Source: an uncultured Roseovarius sp. (GTDB taxonomy: Bacteria; Pseudomonadota; Alphaproteobacteria; Rhodobacterales; Rhodobacteraceae). Taken from it: a stretch of 64,000 bases of DNA. The stretch is from positions 1,944-65,943 of the forward strand of contig NZ_CAMYMD010000100.1 of assembly GCF_947259555.1 (NCBI RefSeq), written 5' to 3'. This document shows, piece by piece, positions 9,411 to 19,342 of the stretch. The notes under the pieces are model-generated. The model was not told the DNA's origin and did not search any database. It saw only the letters and a list, made by a program, of their open reading frames with translations. Position numbers and translations under genes: made by a program. Numbering within the stretch: the stretch's first letter is position 1; the number at the start of each line of letters is the position of its first letter.

Positions 9411-10821
9411 ACATCAACTCCGGCAGATAAAAGACGATCTGCGGATAGATATACATCAGCGCCATTGATATGAAGACGCAGAACAGGAACGGCATCACCC
9501 CCGAGAAGATCTGTGTCAGCCGGATTTCCGGTGGCGCGATCCCTTTGAGATAATAGGCCGACATGGCCATTGGTGGCGTCAGAAAACTCGTTTGCAGGTT
9601 GAGCGCCACGAGAATGCCGAAGAACAGCGGATCGACCTCGAAGAACTGCAACAATGGCAAAAAGATCGGCACGAAGATGATGATGATCTCCGACCATTCC
9701 AGCGGCCAGCCGAGCAGGAAGATGATCAGCTGTGCCAACAACAGGAAGGCCAGCGGGCTGAGGTTGAGGCCCTGCACGAACTCTGAAATCACATGCTCGC
9801 CACCCAGATAAGAGAACACCGCCGAGAAGGTGTAGGAGCCGACGAAGAGCCAGCAGACCATCGCCGTGGTGCGCACCGTGAGATAGACGCTCTCGCGCAT
9901 CCGCTGCCATGTCATCGCCCGGTAGACGAAGGCGAGGAAGATGCCGCCAAGCGCGCCGATGGACGCGGCCTCGGTGGGCGTTGCCAGACCGAAGAGGATC
10001 GAGCCGAGCACCGCCATGATCAGAAACGCCAGCGGCACGAAGGAGGTCACGATCATCAGGATGAGCTTGGTCATCGGGATGTCGGGCACTTCTTCCTTGC
10101 TGGGTTTCGGCGCAACCGAGGGCTGGATCATCGCGCGTCCGATCACGTAGATCAGATAGAGGCTCACCAGTGTCAGGCCGGGCAACAACGCCGCCGCGTA
10201 AAGCCGCACGATCGACACGTTCGAGGCCGCCGCATAGACGATCAGCATGATCGACGGCGGAATGAGAATGCCCAATGTGCCGCCCGCGCAGATGATGCCG
10301 GAGGCGAACGACGGATCGTAGCGCGCCTTGAGCATCGCCGGCAGCGCCAGCAGACCCATCAGCGTGACAACCGCGCCGACGATGCCGGTGGCGGTGGCAA
10401 AGAGCGCGCAGGTGATGAGCGCGGCCACACCCATCGAGCCCGGCATGTTCTTGGCCGCGACATTGAGCGTGGAAAACAGCCGGTCGACGATATTGGCGCG
10501 TTCGACGATATAGCCCATGAACAGAAACAGCGGCACGGCGGTCAGAACTTCGTTCGACATCACCGTGAAGGTCTGATTCACGAACAGATCGAATATTCGG
10601 TTGCTGAAGAACCCCTCTATCCAGAGAGACCACTGGTCCCATGTGCTCGCCACCGTCTCATCGAGACGGTTGAATTCGCGCCACATCCGGCGCTCTTCGA
10701 AATAGGCGTAATAGCCAAAGCCGATGCCCATGGCCATCAATGTAAAGGCGATCGGAAAGCCCAGAAACACGAAGACGATGAACAGGCCCAGCATCATCAG
10801 GGCGATTTGCGGATCGGTCAT
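9400..10821 (-). CDS. dctM: TRAP transporter large permease
   Basis: Polytopic ~473-aa permease. Start MTDPQIALMMLGLFIV at 10821 overlaps the dctQ stop (ATGA). Confidence 0.85.
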   Translation of the reverse strand: MTDPQIALMMLGLFIVFVFLGFPIAFTLMAMGIGFGYYAYFEERRMWREFNRLDETVASTWDQWSLWIEGFFSNRIFDLFVNQTFTVMSNEVLTAVPLFLFMGYIVERANIVDRLFSTLNVAAKNMPGSMGVAALITCALFATATGIVGAVVTLMGLLALPAMLKARYDPSFASGIICAGGTLGILIPPSIMLIVYAAASNVSIVRLYAAALLPGLTLVSLYLIYVIGRAMIQPSVAPKPSKEEVPDIPMTKLILMIVTSFVPLAFLIMAVLGSILFGLATPTEAASIGALGGIFLAFVYRAMTWQRMRESVYLTVRTTAMVCWLFVGSYTFSAVFSYLGGEHVISEFVQGLNLSPLAFLLLAQLIIFLLGWPLEWSEIIIIFVPIFLPLLQFFEVDPLFFGILVALNLQTSFLTPPMAMSAYYLKGIAPPEIRLTQIFSGVMPFLFCVFISMALMYIYPQIVFYLPELMYGG

Positions 10822-11402
10822 GGATGTGCGTCCTTTTCGGCCTCGGCGGCCTTTTGCATCAACAGGTCTTCGGTCTCGAAGACGTCTTCCTCGGCGGCCA
10901 GCCATTCATTGGTGCGCATGCAATGAATGCAGCGGCAGACCTGGGCCAGTCCCTGAATGAAGAGCAGAATGCCTGCGGCAACGATCACCGTCTTGAACTG
11001 GTAGATCGGCACACCCGCCGGGCTGTTGACCGACACCTCGCCATAGGACCACGAGCGCGCGGCGTATTTCCACCCCGCGAGGATCAGAGCGGTGACGCCC
11101 GGAAAGAAGAACAGGATATAGAGCACCAGATCGATCTTGGCCTGGTTGCGCGGCTGCCACAGGCGATAGAGGAAATCGCCCCGCACATGCCCGCCCCGCG
11201 ACAGCGTATAGGCCCCGCCCATCATGAACAGGGTCCCGTACATTATAAAGGACACGTCGAGGGCCCAGGCCGTCGGATTGTTGAAGAGGTAGCGCGAGAC
11301 CACCTCATAGCCGGTACCGACCGACATCAGAACGATCAGCCAGGCGAATGCCTTGCCGAACCAGGCCGACAGGTTGTCAGCGAAACGTATGAAACCGATC
11401 AC
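10818..11402 (-). CDS. dctQ: TRAP transporter small permease
   Basis: 194 aa with 4 hydrophobic segments, lying between dctP and dctM. Confidence 0.8.
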   Translation of the reverse strand: MIGFIRFADNLSAWFGKAFAWLIVLMSVGTGYEVVSRYLFNNPTAWALDVSFIMYGTLFMMGGAYTLSRGGHVRGDFLYRLWQPRNQAKIDLVLYILFFFPGVTALILAGWKYAARSWSYGEVSVNSPAGVPIYQFKTVIVAAGILLFIQGLAQVCRCIHCMRTNEWLAAEEDVFETEDLLMQKAAEAEKDAHP

Positions 11403-11480
11403 GCGGAGCCCCCATTAGTTGGAAAGCGGCCCCGGCGTTTCATGCGCCGGGGCCTGTTTCAATCAGGTCTTTGCCCGTGC

Positions 11481-12611
11481 TCAGAGCTTGAGCTTGCCGG
11501 GGAAATAGTGATCGTAGGCCAGGGCATAATCCGGCGAGTTCATCAGCTCATAGAAGGTCACCTGCTCGACCCAGGCGCGCTGGCTGTCGAGGGTCTTCTT
11601 CATGAACGGATCCTGCTCCAGTTCCGGGATCAGCTTGTCCCAGGCTTCAAGCTGTGCCGCGAGGATGTTTTCCGAGGTGCGGTGCACGGTGACGCCCGCC
11701 TCTTCCTGCAACCACTTGAGATCGGACGAATACCGACGCATCGCCTTGGCGGTGTTCGCGGTCGAAGCGGCTTCGACGCCGTATTTCAGGATCGCGCGCA
11801 GATCCGGGTCCAGCTCTTCCATGGTGAATTTGGAGAACAGGAACTCGAAGCTTTCCGATGCCTGGTGGTAGGACGACAGATAGTAGTTCTTCGCCACGTC
11901 ATGCGCGCCGAAATCCTTGTCCGAGGACGGGTTGTTGAACTCGAACGCGTCAATCACGCCACGCTCCATCGCGGGCACGATCTCGCCGCCCGGAAGCTGT
12001 GCAACCGACATGCCCATGCTCTGCAGCAGGTCCGCCGCGAGGCCAACGGTACGATACTTGAAGCCGTCGAGGTCCTCGGCGGTGTTCACCTCTTCCTTGA
12101 ACCAGCCAAAGGGCTGCGCGAACATCGGGAAGCCGAGATAGCCGTCAACATCCATGCCGAGGATGTCCTGGGTCAGCTCGTCATAGAGCGCCTTGCCGCC
12201 GCCTTCGTAGAACCAGCTCAGCATCGTGGTGGCCGAGCCACCAAAGACCGGGCCGGTACCAAAGAGCGATGCGGCCTTGTTCTTGCCATACCAGTAGACC
12301 GGCACCGAGTGCGCGGCGTCGAGAACACCATCGTTCACCGCATCGAGCACCTGGAACGCAGCCACGACGGCGCCTGCGGGCAGCACGTCGATCTTGAGAC
12401 GGCCACCGGACATTTCCTCCACCCGGTCGGCATAGTCCTGTGCGAATTCCTGCCAGATATTCCCGGCCCCCCAGGATGTCTGCATTTTCAGCACGATCGG
12501 CGCTTGCGCCAATACCGCCGGTGCCGCGAGCGTGCTCGCAGCCGCCACCGGCGCCCCTACCGCCGCGCGGCGCAGGAACGAACGGCGGTCAAACTTCGCC
12601 TTGTCTGTCAT
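11481..12611 (-). CDS. dctP: TRAP transporter substrate-binding protein (COG4663-like)
   Basis: Tat-type leader DRRSFLRRAAVGAPVAAAS..LAQA. GGAGGA lies 5 nt upstream of ATG 12611. About 376 aa. Confidence 0.85.
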   Translation of the reverse strand: MTDKAKFDRRSFLRRAAVGAPVAAASTLAAPAVLAQAPIVLKMQTSWGAGNIWQEFAQDYADRVEEMSGGRLKIDVLPAGAVVAAFQVLDAVNDGVLDAAHSVPVYWYGKNKAASLFGTGPVFGGSATTMLSWFYEGGGKALYDELTQDILGMDVDGYLGFPMFAQPFGWFKEEVNTAEDLDGFKYRTVGLAADLLQSMGMSVAQLPGGEIVPAMERGVIDAFEFNNPSSDKDFGAHDVAKNYYLSSYHQASESFEFLFSKFTMEELDPDLRAILKYGVEAASTANTAKAMRRYSSDLKWLQEEAGVTVHRTSENILAAQLEAWDKLIPELEQDPFMKKTLDSQRAWVEQVTFYELMNSPDYALAYDHYFPGKLKL

Positions 12612-12749
12612 AGTATCCTCCCATAGTTTTCTTGCGTCAGATCGCGATCTGGATGGCGGGCAAACCCTATTTACCACGGCCGATTCGAGGCCCTGCAATC
12701 CTCCACACGAGCACAATCGTAACGGTTATCCGTCCAAAGGCAAGCATTC

Positions 12750-12768
12750 TGGTAAGATTAATTTACCA
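12750..12768. promoter_or_regulatory. candidate operator palindrome TGGTAA-N7-TTACCA
   Basis: Perfect 6+6 inverted repeat in the dctP/pncB divergent intergenic region. An extra TTTACCA half-site lies at 12670-12676. Confidence 0.3.
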
Positions 12769-12897
12769 AATACCCGCATTTTGCACGTCAAACAGCCTCC
12801 GCGGGCCACGGCTCGGGGCAAAGGCCCCTCCGATCCGCCTTGCACGCCCCGGTTCGCTTTGCTTTAACCGCTGCAATTATCCCCCGGAGGTCGCGCC

Positions 12898-14190
12898 ATG
12901 GTCGATATTGCCGCACGTGTGCACAATCACAAATGGAAGATCGACCCGATCGTCCGGTCCCTGATCGACACGGATTTTTACAAGCTCTTGATGTGCCAAT
13001 CAGTATTTCGCAACAGCCGTGATACGACCGTAACATTTTCACTGATCAATCGCAGCACCTCCATTCGCCTCGCCGATCTGGTGGACGAGGGCGAATTGCG
13101 CGAACAACTCGATCACATCCGCTCGCTGTCATTGTCCCGCGGCGAGAGCACGTGGATGCGGGGCAACACATTCTATGGCAAACGCAGCATGTTCACGCCC
13201 GAATTCATGGACTGGTTCGAGACGCTGCGCCTGCCACCTTACCATCTCGAAAAACGCGATGGTCAGTACGAACTGACATTCGAAGGAAAATGGCCCGAGG
13301 TCATGCTCTGGGAAATCCCCGCGCTGGCCGTTCTGATGGAATTGCGCTCACGCGCGGTGTTGCACGACATGAAGAAATTCGAGCTTCAGGTGCTCTATGC
13401 CCGCGCGATGACCAAGCTGTGGGAGAAAGTCGAGCGCCTACGGCCCATTGACGGCCTGCGCATCGCCGATTTCGGCACACGGCGCCGACACTCCTTTCTG
13501 TGGCAGGACTGGTGCGTTCAAGCCATGCACGAAAGACTGGGCCAGCGGTTCGTCGGAACATCCAACTGTCTCATCGCCAAGAACCGCGATCTGGAGGCCA
13601 TCGGGACCAATGCCCATGAATTGCCGATGGTCTACGCCGCCCTCGCCGACGATGACGCGGCCTTGGCGCGCGCGCCCTACGATGTTCTGTCGGATTGGCA
13701 CGAGGAACACGACGGAAACCTGCGCATCATTCTCCCGGACACATATGGCACCAAGGGTTTTCTGGAAAACGCGCCAGACTGGCTCGCGGGCTGGACCGGT
13801 ATACGCATAGACTCGGGCGACCCCGAGGCCGGCGCGGAAATCGCGATAGACTGGTGGCGCGACCGCGGCGAGGACCCCAGGCAGAAGATGGTCATCTTCT
13901 CCGATGGCCTAGATGAAAATCGTATCATCGCTCTGCACCAGCGGTTTTCAGGGCGAGTGCGCTGCTCTTTTGGCTGGGGCACTCTATTGACCAACGATTT
14001 TCGCGGATTGACACAGGATGACTCGCTGGCCCCGTTTTCTCTGGTCTGCAAGGCCGTCGCGGCAGACGGCCGCCCCACCGTCAAGCTGTCGGACAATCCT
14101 CGCAAGGCGATGGGCCCCGAAAGCGAGATCGCGCGTTACAAGCGCGTGTTCGACGTCGGCGCGCAAGAAGAAATCGACGTGGTCGTATAA
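12898..14190 (+). CDS. pncB: nicotinate phosphoribosyltransferase
   Basis: 430 aa. N-terminal ..DTDFYKLLM.. and full-length PncB-like sequence. Confidence 0.9.
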   Translation: MVDIAARVHNHKWKIDPIVRSLIDTDFYKLLMCQSVFRNSRDTTVTFSLINRSTSIRLADLVDEGELREQLDHIRSLSLSRGESTWMRGNTFYGKRSMFTPEFMDWFETLRLPPYHLEKRDGQYELTFEGKWPEVMLWEIPALAVLMELRSRAVLHDMKKFELQVLYARAMTKLWEKVERLRPIDGLRIADFGTRRRHSFLWQDWCVQAMHERLGQRFVGTSNCLIAKNRDLEAIGTNAHELPMVYAALADDDAALARAPYDVLSDWHEEHDGNLRIILPDTYGTKGFLENAPDWLAGWTGIRIDSGDPEAGAEIAIDWWRDRGEDPRQKMVIFSDGLDENRIIALHQRFSGRVRCSFGWGTLLTNDFRGLTQDDSLAPFSLVCKAVAADGRPTVKLSDNPRKAMGPESEIARYKRVFDVGAQEEIDVVV

Positions 14191-14215
14191 ACGCCGCCGC
14201 GCGCAGGCCCTTCGC

Positions 14216-14935
14216 TCAGGGCAAGAGCGCGCGGCGACCGTCATCCGTCAAGAGCCAGCACTGCCCCGCCTCGAAGACGGCAGGCCAGAGCGGGCGACCA
14301 TAGCCCGCACCGCCATCCAGATCGATCCGATTGCCGAAATGTTGCGGCCAATCCAATGCGGTGTGCCCATGCACCACCAGCCATGGATGCGCGGCCTCGT
14401 GATCAAGAAACCCCTTCCTGATCCACATCAGATCGGCGGCGTCCTGATCGTGCAGCGCAACACCCGGCCGGATTCCTGCATGAACGAACAGCAACGGGCC
14501 CGCCTCGTGCCAGAGCGGCAAGCCCGCGAGCCAGTCACGATGGGCCTGTGGCACGGCCGCCCGGGCCTCGGGCCAGGCGGGCATGTCCTCAGTCGCGATC
14601 ACATTGTAAGAGGCAAGCGTCGCCGCGCCGCCAAGCCGGGGATTCAACCAGCTGAGACCCGAGCGCACATGCTCCGAACGCGTCGCGCCGGTATCGATGA
14701 AATCCACAAACATCTGATCGTGATTGCCCCGCAACACGGTCCACGGACGGCCCTGCGCTTGTCCGGTCATCAAACGCTCGATCACGTCGCAGGAGGCAGC
14801 CCCCCTGTCGACCAGATCGCCCAGAAAAACGATGGGCGCATCCGCCCCGCCGTCCTGAAAAACCAGATCCAGAGCGGCATCGAGCAAGGCGATCTGCCCG
14901 TGAATGTCAGGAATGGCATATATGCGATCAGTCAT
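14216..14935 (-). CDS. metallophosphoesterase (Ser/Thr phosphatase / ApaH-like)
   Basis: Motifs IPDIHG, GDLVDRG, GNHD and VHGH. Start MTDRIYAIPD at 14935. Confidence 0.75.
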   Translation of the reverse strand: MTDRIYAIPDIHGQIALLDAALDLVFQDGGADAPIVFLGDLVDRGAASCDVIERLMTGQAQGRPWTVLRGNHDQMFVDFIDTGATRSEHVRSGLSWLNPRLGGAATLASYNVIATEDMPAWPEARAAVPQAHRDWLAGLPLWHEAGPLLFVHAGIRPGVALHDQDAADLMWIRKGFLDHEAAHPWLVVHGHTALDWPQHFGNRIDLDGGAGYGRPLWPAVFEAGQCWLLTDDGRRALLP

Positions 14936-15006
14936 GCGCCCGTTGAACCCGTGCAAGCCGCGGATGTCCAGTCATTTCCCGATGCACATTCCTCAAGTCC
15001 GACATG

Positions 15007-15038
15007 CAAAACCGCCGCCCAAAGGTCGTTGGGCGGCG
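15007..15038 (-). terminator. Rho-independent terminator downstream of serA
   Basis: On the minus strand: CGCCGCCCAA-CGACCT-TTGGGCGGCG followed by GTTTTG. Confidence 0.6.
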
Positions 15039-15073
15039 ATCGTCTCGGCTGAATGAAACAGGATATCCGGGCT

Positions 15074-16669
15074 TTAATTCACATCGAACCGCAATTCGCG
15101 AATCTGCTGGAACTTGCCGGTCGCATGCAATGCCTTGATCGCCGCATCCGGCACCGAGGCATCGACATACAAGAGCGCAATCGCCTCGCCCCCCGCATCC
15201 GAGCGGCCAAGGGTAAAGTTGGCGATGTTCACGCCATTCTCGCCCATCGTGTGGCCGAGCGTGCCGATGATTCCCGGCACGTCCTCGTTCGTGGTATAGA
15301 GCATGTGGCGGCCGATCTCGGCGTCGATATTGATGCCCTTGATCTGGATGAAACGCGGCTTGCCATCGCTGAACACCGTGCCGCCGATGGAGCGCTCGCG
15401 CTTGTCGGTGACGACGGTGATCTTGACATAGCCCTCGAAGGCGCCGGACTTGTCCTGCTTGGTGGTCGAGATCTTGACCCCGCGTTCTTTGGCCACCACA
15501 GGGGCCGAAACCATGTTCACCTCGGGGTTCACCGATTTCATGATCCCCGCCACGGCGGCAGAGGTCAGGGCGCCGAGGTTCATTTCGCTGGCCACACCAT
15601 CGTACAGGATGTTGATCGCCTTGATCGGCTCGTCGGTCATCTGGCCGATGAAATTGCCCAGGTGATCCGACAGCTTGATCCACGGCCCCATCACCTTGGC
15701 CTCTTCGGCTGTCACCGACGGCATGTTGAGCGCGTTGGTCACAGCGCCCGTCAGCAGGTAGTCGGACATCTGTTCGGCCACTTGCAGCGCAACGTTTTCC
15801 TGTGCCTCGGTGGTCGCGGCCCCGAGATGCGGCGTGCAGACCACGTTGGGCAGGCCGAAGAGCGGATTGTCCACCGCTGGTTCCTCGGCAAAGACATCAA
15901 AGCCCGCGCCCGCGACATGGCCGTCTTTCAACAGATCCGCCAGCGCCTGTTCGTCCACCAGCCCGCCACGCGCGCAGTTGATGACGCGCACGCCGGTCTT
16001 GGTTTTTTCGAGGTTCTCACGGCTCAGGATGTTGCGGGTCTGATCCGTGAGCGGCACATGCAGGGTGATGAAATCGGCGCGCTTCAGCAACTCGTCAAGC
16101 TCGACCTTTTCCACCCCCATCTTGTCGGCCTTTTCCTGCCCGAGGAACGGGTCATAGGCCACCACCTTCATCTTGAGGCCGCGCGCGCGATCGCAGACGA
16201 TGCCGCCGATATTGCCCGCGCCGATCACGCCAAGCGTCTTGCCGGTCAGTTCGACACCCATGAAGCGCGACTTTTCCCACTTGCCTGCTTGGGTCGAGGC
16301 CGACGCCTCGGGGATTTGCCGCGCCACGGCGAACATCATCGCAATGGCATGCTCGGCGGTGGTGATCATGTTGCCGAACGGCGTGTTCATCACGATCACG
16401 CCTTTTTTCGAGGCCGCGACCTTGTCGATATTGTCGGTGCCGATGCCCGCCCGCGCGATCACCTTGAGGTTTGTCGCATTGGCGAGGATCTTTTCCGTGA
16501 CCTTGGTGGCCGAGCGGATGGCGAGACCATCATACTCGCCGATCACTTCGGCCAGCTTGTCCTTGTCTTTGCCCAGATCGGGCTGGAAATCCACGTCGAT
16601 GCCGCGATCGCGAAAGATCTGCACGGCGGTTTCAGAGAGTTTGTCGGATACGAGTACCTTGGGAGCCAT
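15074..16669 (-). CDS. serA: D-3-phosphoglycerate dehydrogenase
   Basis: 531 aa. GAGNIGG Rossmann motif, CARGG..DE, PHLGA, and a C-terminal ACT-like domain. Confidence 0.9.
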   Translation of the reverse strand: MAPKVLVSDKLSETAVQIFRDRGIDVDFQPDLGKDKDKLAEVIGEYDGLAIRSATKVTEKILANATNLKVIARAGIGTDNIDKVAASKKGVIVMNTPFGNMITTAEHAIAMMFAVARQIPEASASTQAGKWEKSRFMGVELTGKTLGVIGAGNIGGIVCDRARGLKMKVVAYDPFLGQEKADKMGVEKVELDELLKRADFITLHVPLTDQTRNILSRENLEKTKTGVRVINCARGGLVDEQALADLLKDGHVAGAGFDVFAEEPAVDNPLFGLPNVVCTPHLGAATTEAQENVALQVAEQMSDYLLTGAVTNALNMPSVTAEEAKVMGPWIKLSDHLGNFIGQMTDEPIKAINILYDGVASEMNLGALTSAAVAGIMKSVNPEVNMVSAPVVAKERGVKISTTKQDKSGAFEGYVKITVVTDKRERSIGGTVFSDGKPRFIQIKGINIDAEIGRHMLYTTNEDVPGIIGTLGHTMGENGVNIANFTLGRSDAGGEAIALLYVDASVPDAAIKALHATGKFQQIRELRFDVN

Positions 16670-16707
16670 TTTTGCTGGTCCTTTGATGAAACATTTGGGG
16701 GGAGGGC

Positions 16708-16754
16708 CCGAATTCCTGCACGGAATTCGGACCGATTTCTTTTCAAGAAATCGG
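16708..16754 (-). other. two adjacent perfect stem-loops in the serC-serA spacer
   Basis: CCGAATTCC-N5-GGAATTCGG (16708-16730) and CCGATTTCTT-N3-AAGAAATCGG (16732-16754). Confidence 0.6.
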
Positions 16755-16756
16755 GG

Positions 16757-17911
16757 TCACGCCGTCTCGGACAGCGCCGCGATTTCAGCCTCAAAGGCCC
16801 ATTCGATCCATGGCATGAGCGCGGCCACATCGGTGGTCTCGACCGTACCGCCGCACCAGATGCGCAATCCGGGGGGCGCGTCGCGATAGGCGCCGACGTC
16901 ATAGGCCACGCCCTCGGCCTCCAGCCGCTTGGCCACCGCCTTGGCGAAGGCCGCCCCATCGGTGATACGCTCATCAGTGAACTTCAGGCAAACGGAGGTG
17001 TTGGACCGGATCGCCGGCTCGTCCGCCAGAAAGGCCAGCCATTCGGCCTTTGCGACAAAGCTCTGCACCGCCGCGAGGTTGGCATTGGCGCGCGCGCGCA
17101 GGCCGTCGAGCCCGCCCACTGACTCCGCCCAGTCCAGCGCCACAAGGTAATCCTCGACCGCGAGCATGGAGGGGGTGTTGATCGTCTCGCCCACGAAAAT
17201 CCCGTCGATCAGCTTGCCGCTCTTGGTGAGGCGAAATATCTTGGGCAGCGGCCATGCCGGCGTGTAGCTTTCCAGCCGCTCCACTGCGCGGGGGCTCAGG
17301 ATGATCATGCCATGCGCGGCCTCGCCGCCCAGCACTTTTTGCCAGCTGAAGGTGGTCACATCCAGCTTGTCCCAAGGCAGGCGCTGCGCGAAGGCGGCCG
17401 AGGTGGCGTCGCAGATCGTCAGACCAGCGCGATCCGCCTTGATCCAGTCGCCATTGGGCACGCGCACGCCAGAGGTCGTCCCGTTCCAGGTGAACACCAC
17501 GTCTTTATCGGTATCCACGCTCTCCAGATCCACGATCTCGCCGTAGTCGGCTGTCTTGACCTCTGCATCGAGCTTCAACTGCTTGACCGCGTCGGTGACC
17601 CAGCCTGCGCCGAAGCTCTCCCATGCGAGCACTTCGACAGGACGAGCACCGAGCAGGTTCCACATCGCCATTTCCACCGCCCCGGTATCGGAGGCGGGAA
17701 CGATGCCGATGCGATAGTCGTCGGGGATGCCCAAAATCTCACGCGTCCGCTCTATCGCGGCCTTGAGCTTGGCCTTGCCCACGGCGGCACGGTGACTGCG
17801 CCCCAGTGATGCGTCAGACAGCTTGTCGAGCGAGAATGTCGGGATTTTGGCACAGGGGCCAGAAGAAAAACGCGGATTTGCCGGCCGCGTCGCCGGGTAT
17901 TGCATAGCCAT
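16757..17911 (-). CDS. serC: phosphoserine aminotransferase
   Basis: About 384 aa from ATG 17911 (GGAAGGA 8 nt upstream). SerC-like sequence, upstream of serA. Confidence 0.85.
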   Translation of the reverse strand: MAMQYPATRPANPRFSSGPCAKIPTFSLDKLSDASLGRSHRAAVGKAKLKAAIERTREILGIPDDYRIGIVPASDTGAVEMAMWNLLGARPVEVLAWESFGAGWVTDAVKQLKLDAEVKTADYGEIVDLESVDTDKDVVFTWNGTTSGVRVPNGDWIKADRAGLTICDATSAAFAQRLPWDKLDVTTFSWQKVLGGEAAHGMIILSPRAVERLESYTPAWPLPKIFRLTKSGKLIDGIFVGETINTPSMLAVEDYLVALDWAESVGGLDGLRARANANLAAVQSFVAKAEWLAFLADEPAIRSNTSVCLKFTDERITDGAAFAKAVAKRLEAEGVAYDVGAYRDAPPGLRIWCGGTVETTDVAALMPWIEWAFEAEIAALSETA

Positions 17912-18119
17912 TGCTGCTATCCTTCCAGATAAGCGCCCCTCGTTGGGGAGGGGTGTCCCACCGAGGTGGATACGCCCAAGAAGGATAATCGGCAAGGGTT
18001 ACAAATGCCGCAGCTGCAAAAAGACGCCCATTTCAAGGTGCAAAGCGGCACTTGGGTTTCCGATCGGCGCCAAGGCGACGATTTACGACACCTCGCCAAG
18101 CGGGCCCTGCCCCGGCCTG

Positions 18120-18365
18120 TCAGCCGGCGCGGTTTTCCAACGCTTCTATCCGTGCCTTCAATGTCTCGTTTTCCTCGCGGGCCTTCTGCGCCATGGCACG
18201 CACCGCGTCAAATTCTTCGCGGGTCACGAAATCATGCTCCGAGAGCCAACGGTCAATGAGCGACTTCATGGCCGTTTCGGCCTCTGTTCGCGCCCCTTGC
18301 GCCACGCCCATGGCATTGGTCATCAACTGGCTGATATCGTCGAGCACTTTGTTTCGGGTCTGCAT
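18120..18365 (-). CDS. ubiK: UbiK/YqiC-family accessory factor (coiled-coil)
   Basis: 81 aa, [20 protein letters not shown]...[29 protein letters not shown] lies 5 nt upstream of ATG 18365. Confidence 0.6.
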   Translation of the reverse strand: MQTRNKVLDDISQLMTNAMGVAQGARTEAETAMKSLIDRWLSEHDFVTREEFDAVRAMAQKAREENETLKARIEALENRAG

Positions 18366-18460
18366 CGATCTCTCCGGCATTGCATTCGCCCTCTTATATG
18401 GGTCACGAGACGCAGATCACAAGGTTGACTTGCCCCCGGCCCAGAGGCAGAGAGACGCAT

Positions 18461-19342
18461 ATGCACGCCATGATCCCCTTTCCCGACATCAGCCCTGAAT
18501 TGTTCTCCATTTCGGTTTTCGGGATGGAGTTCGCGCTGCGCTGGTACGCCCTCGCCTATATCGCGGGCATCGTGATCGGCTGGCGTCTGGTTGTGGCGAG
18601 TGTCAGGCGGCCCGACCTGTGGCCGGATCGCACCGCGCCGATGGATCCGCGCGCCGTCGAGGACTTGCTGACCTGGGTCATTCTAGGGGTCATTCTGGGC
18701 GGTCGGCTTGGGTATGTCCTGTTCTACCAGCCTGGGTATTACATCGCCAATCCCGGCGAAATCCTCGCCGTCTGGCAGGGCGGCATGGCGTTTCACGGCG
18801 GCTTGCTCGGCGTCGTTGTGGCTGTTCTGGTGTTTTCCATGCGGCGCGGTATTCGCTGGCTATCTGTGGCCGATGCGCTCTGCATGGTAACGCCGGTCGG
18901 ATTGCTGCTCGGCCGGATCGCGAATTTCATAAATGCAGAGCTGTGGGGCCGTCCGACCGACCTGCCATGGGGCGTAATCTTTCCCGGCCGCGCGGCACAG
19001 GATTGCGCGGAGGTTGTCGGTCTTTGCGCACGCCATCCGTCCCAGCTCTATGAGGCGGCGCTTGAGGGGCTGCTGCTCGGCGCGGTGCTGTTGTGGCTGG
19101 GCTGGCGCCGCGGCGCGCTCCGGGCGCCGGGTACGCTCACGGGGGTATTCTTTGCTGGCTACGGGGCGGCACGGTTTCTGGTCGAATTTGTCCGGCAGCC
19201 CGATGCACAGTTCGTCAGCCCCGGCAATCCGCTGGGTCTTGCGGTGCACATCGACGGCTATGGCCTCACGATGGGACAGCTCTTGTCCTTGCCGATGATC
19301 GCCTTCGGGATCGCAATGGCGCTATGGGCACGGCGGGCATGA
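18461..19342 (+). CDS. lgt: prolipoprotein diacylglyceryl transferase
   Basis: Polytopic protein. Lgt-like ..[12 protein letters not shown].., [11 protein letters not shown] and [16 protein letters not shown] motifs. Confidence 0.85.
   Translation: MHAMIPFPDISPELFSISVFGMEFALRWYALAYIAGIVIGWRLVVASVRRPDLWPDRTAPMDPRAVEDLLTWVILGVILGGRLGYVLFYQPGYYIANPGEILAVWQGGMAFHGGLLGVVVAVLVFSMRRGIRWLSVADALCMVTPVGLLLGRIANFINAELWGRPTDLPWGVIFPGRAAQDCAEVVGLCARHPSQLYEAALEGLLLGAVLLWLGWRRGALRAPGTLTGVFFAGYGAARFLVEFVRQPDAQFVSPGNPLGLAVHIDGYGLTMGQLLSLPMIAFGIAMALWARRA

Noticed and set aside
17912-18119. Hairpin CCCCTC-GTTGG-GAGGGG (about 17937-17953) and other structure in the serC 5' leader, considered as a possible riboswitch.
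   Set aside because: I know of no riboswitch class associated with serC, and there is only one short stem. The evidence from sequence alone is insufficient.
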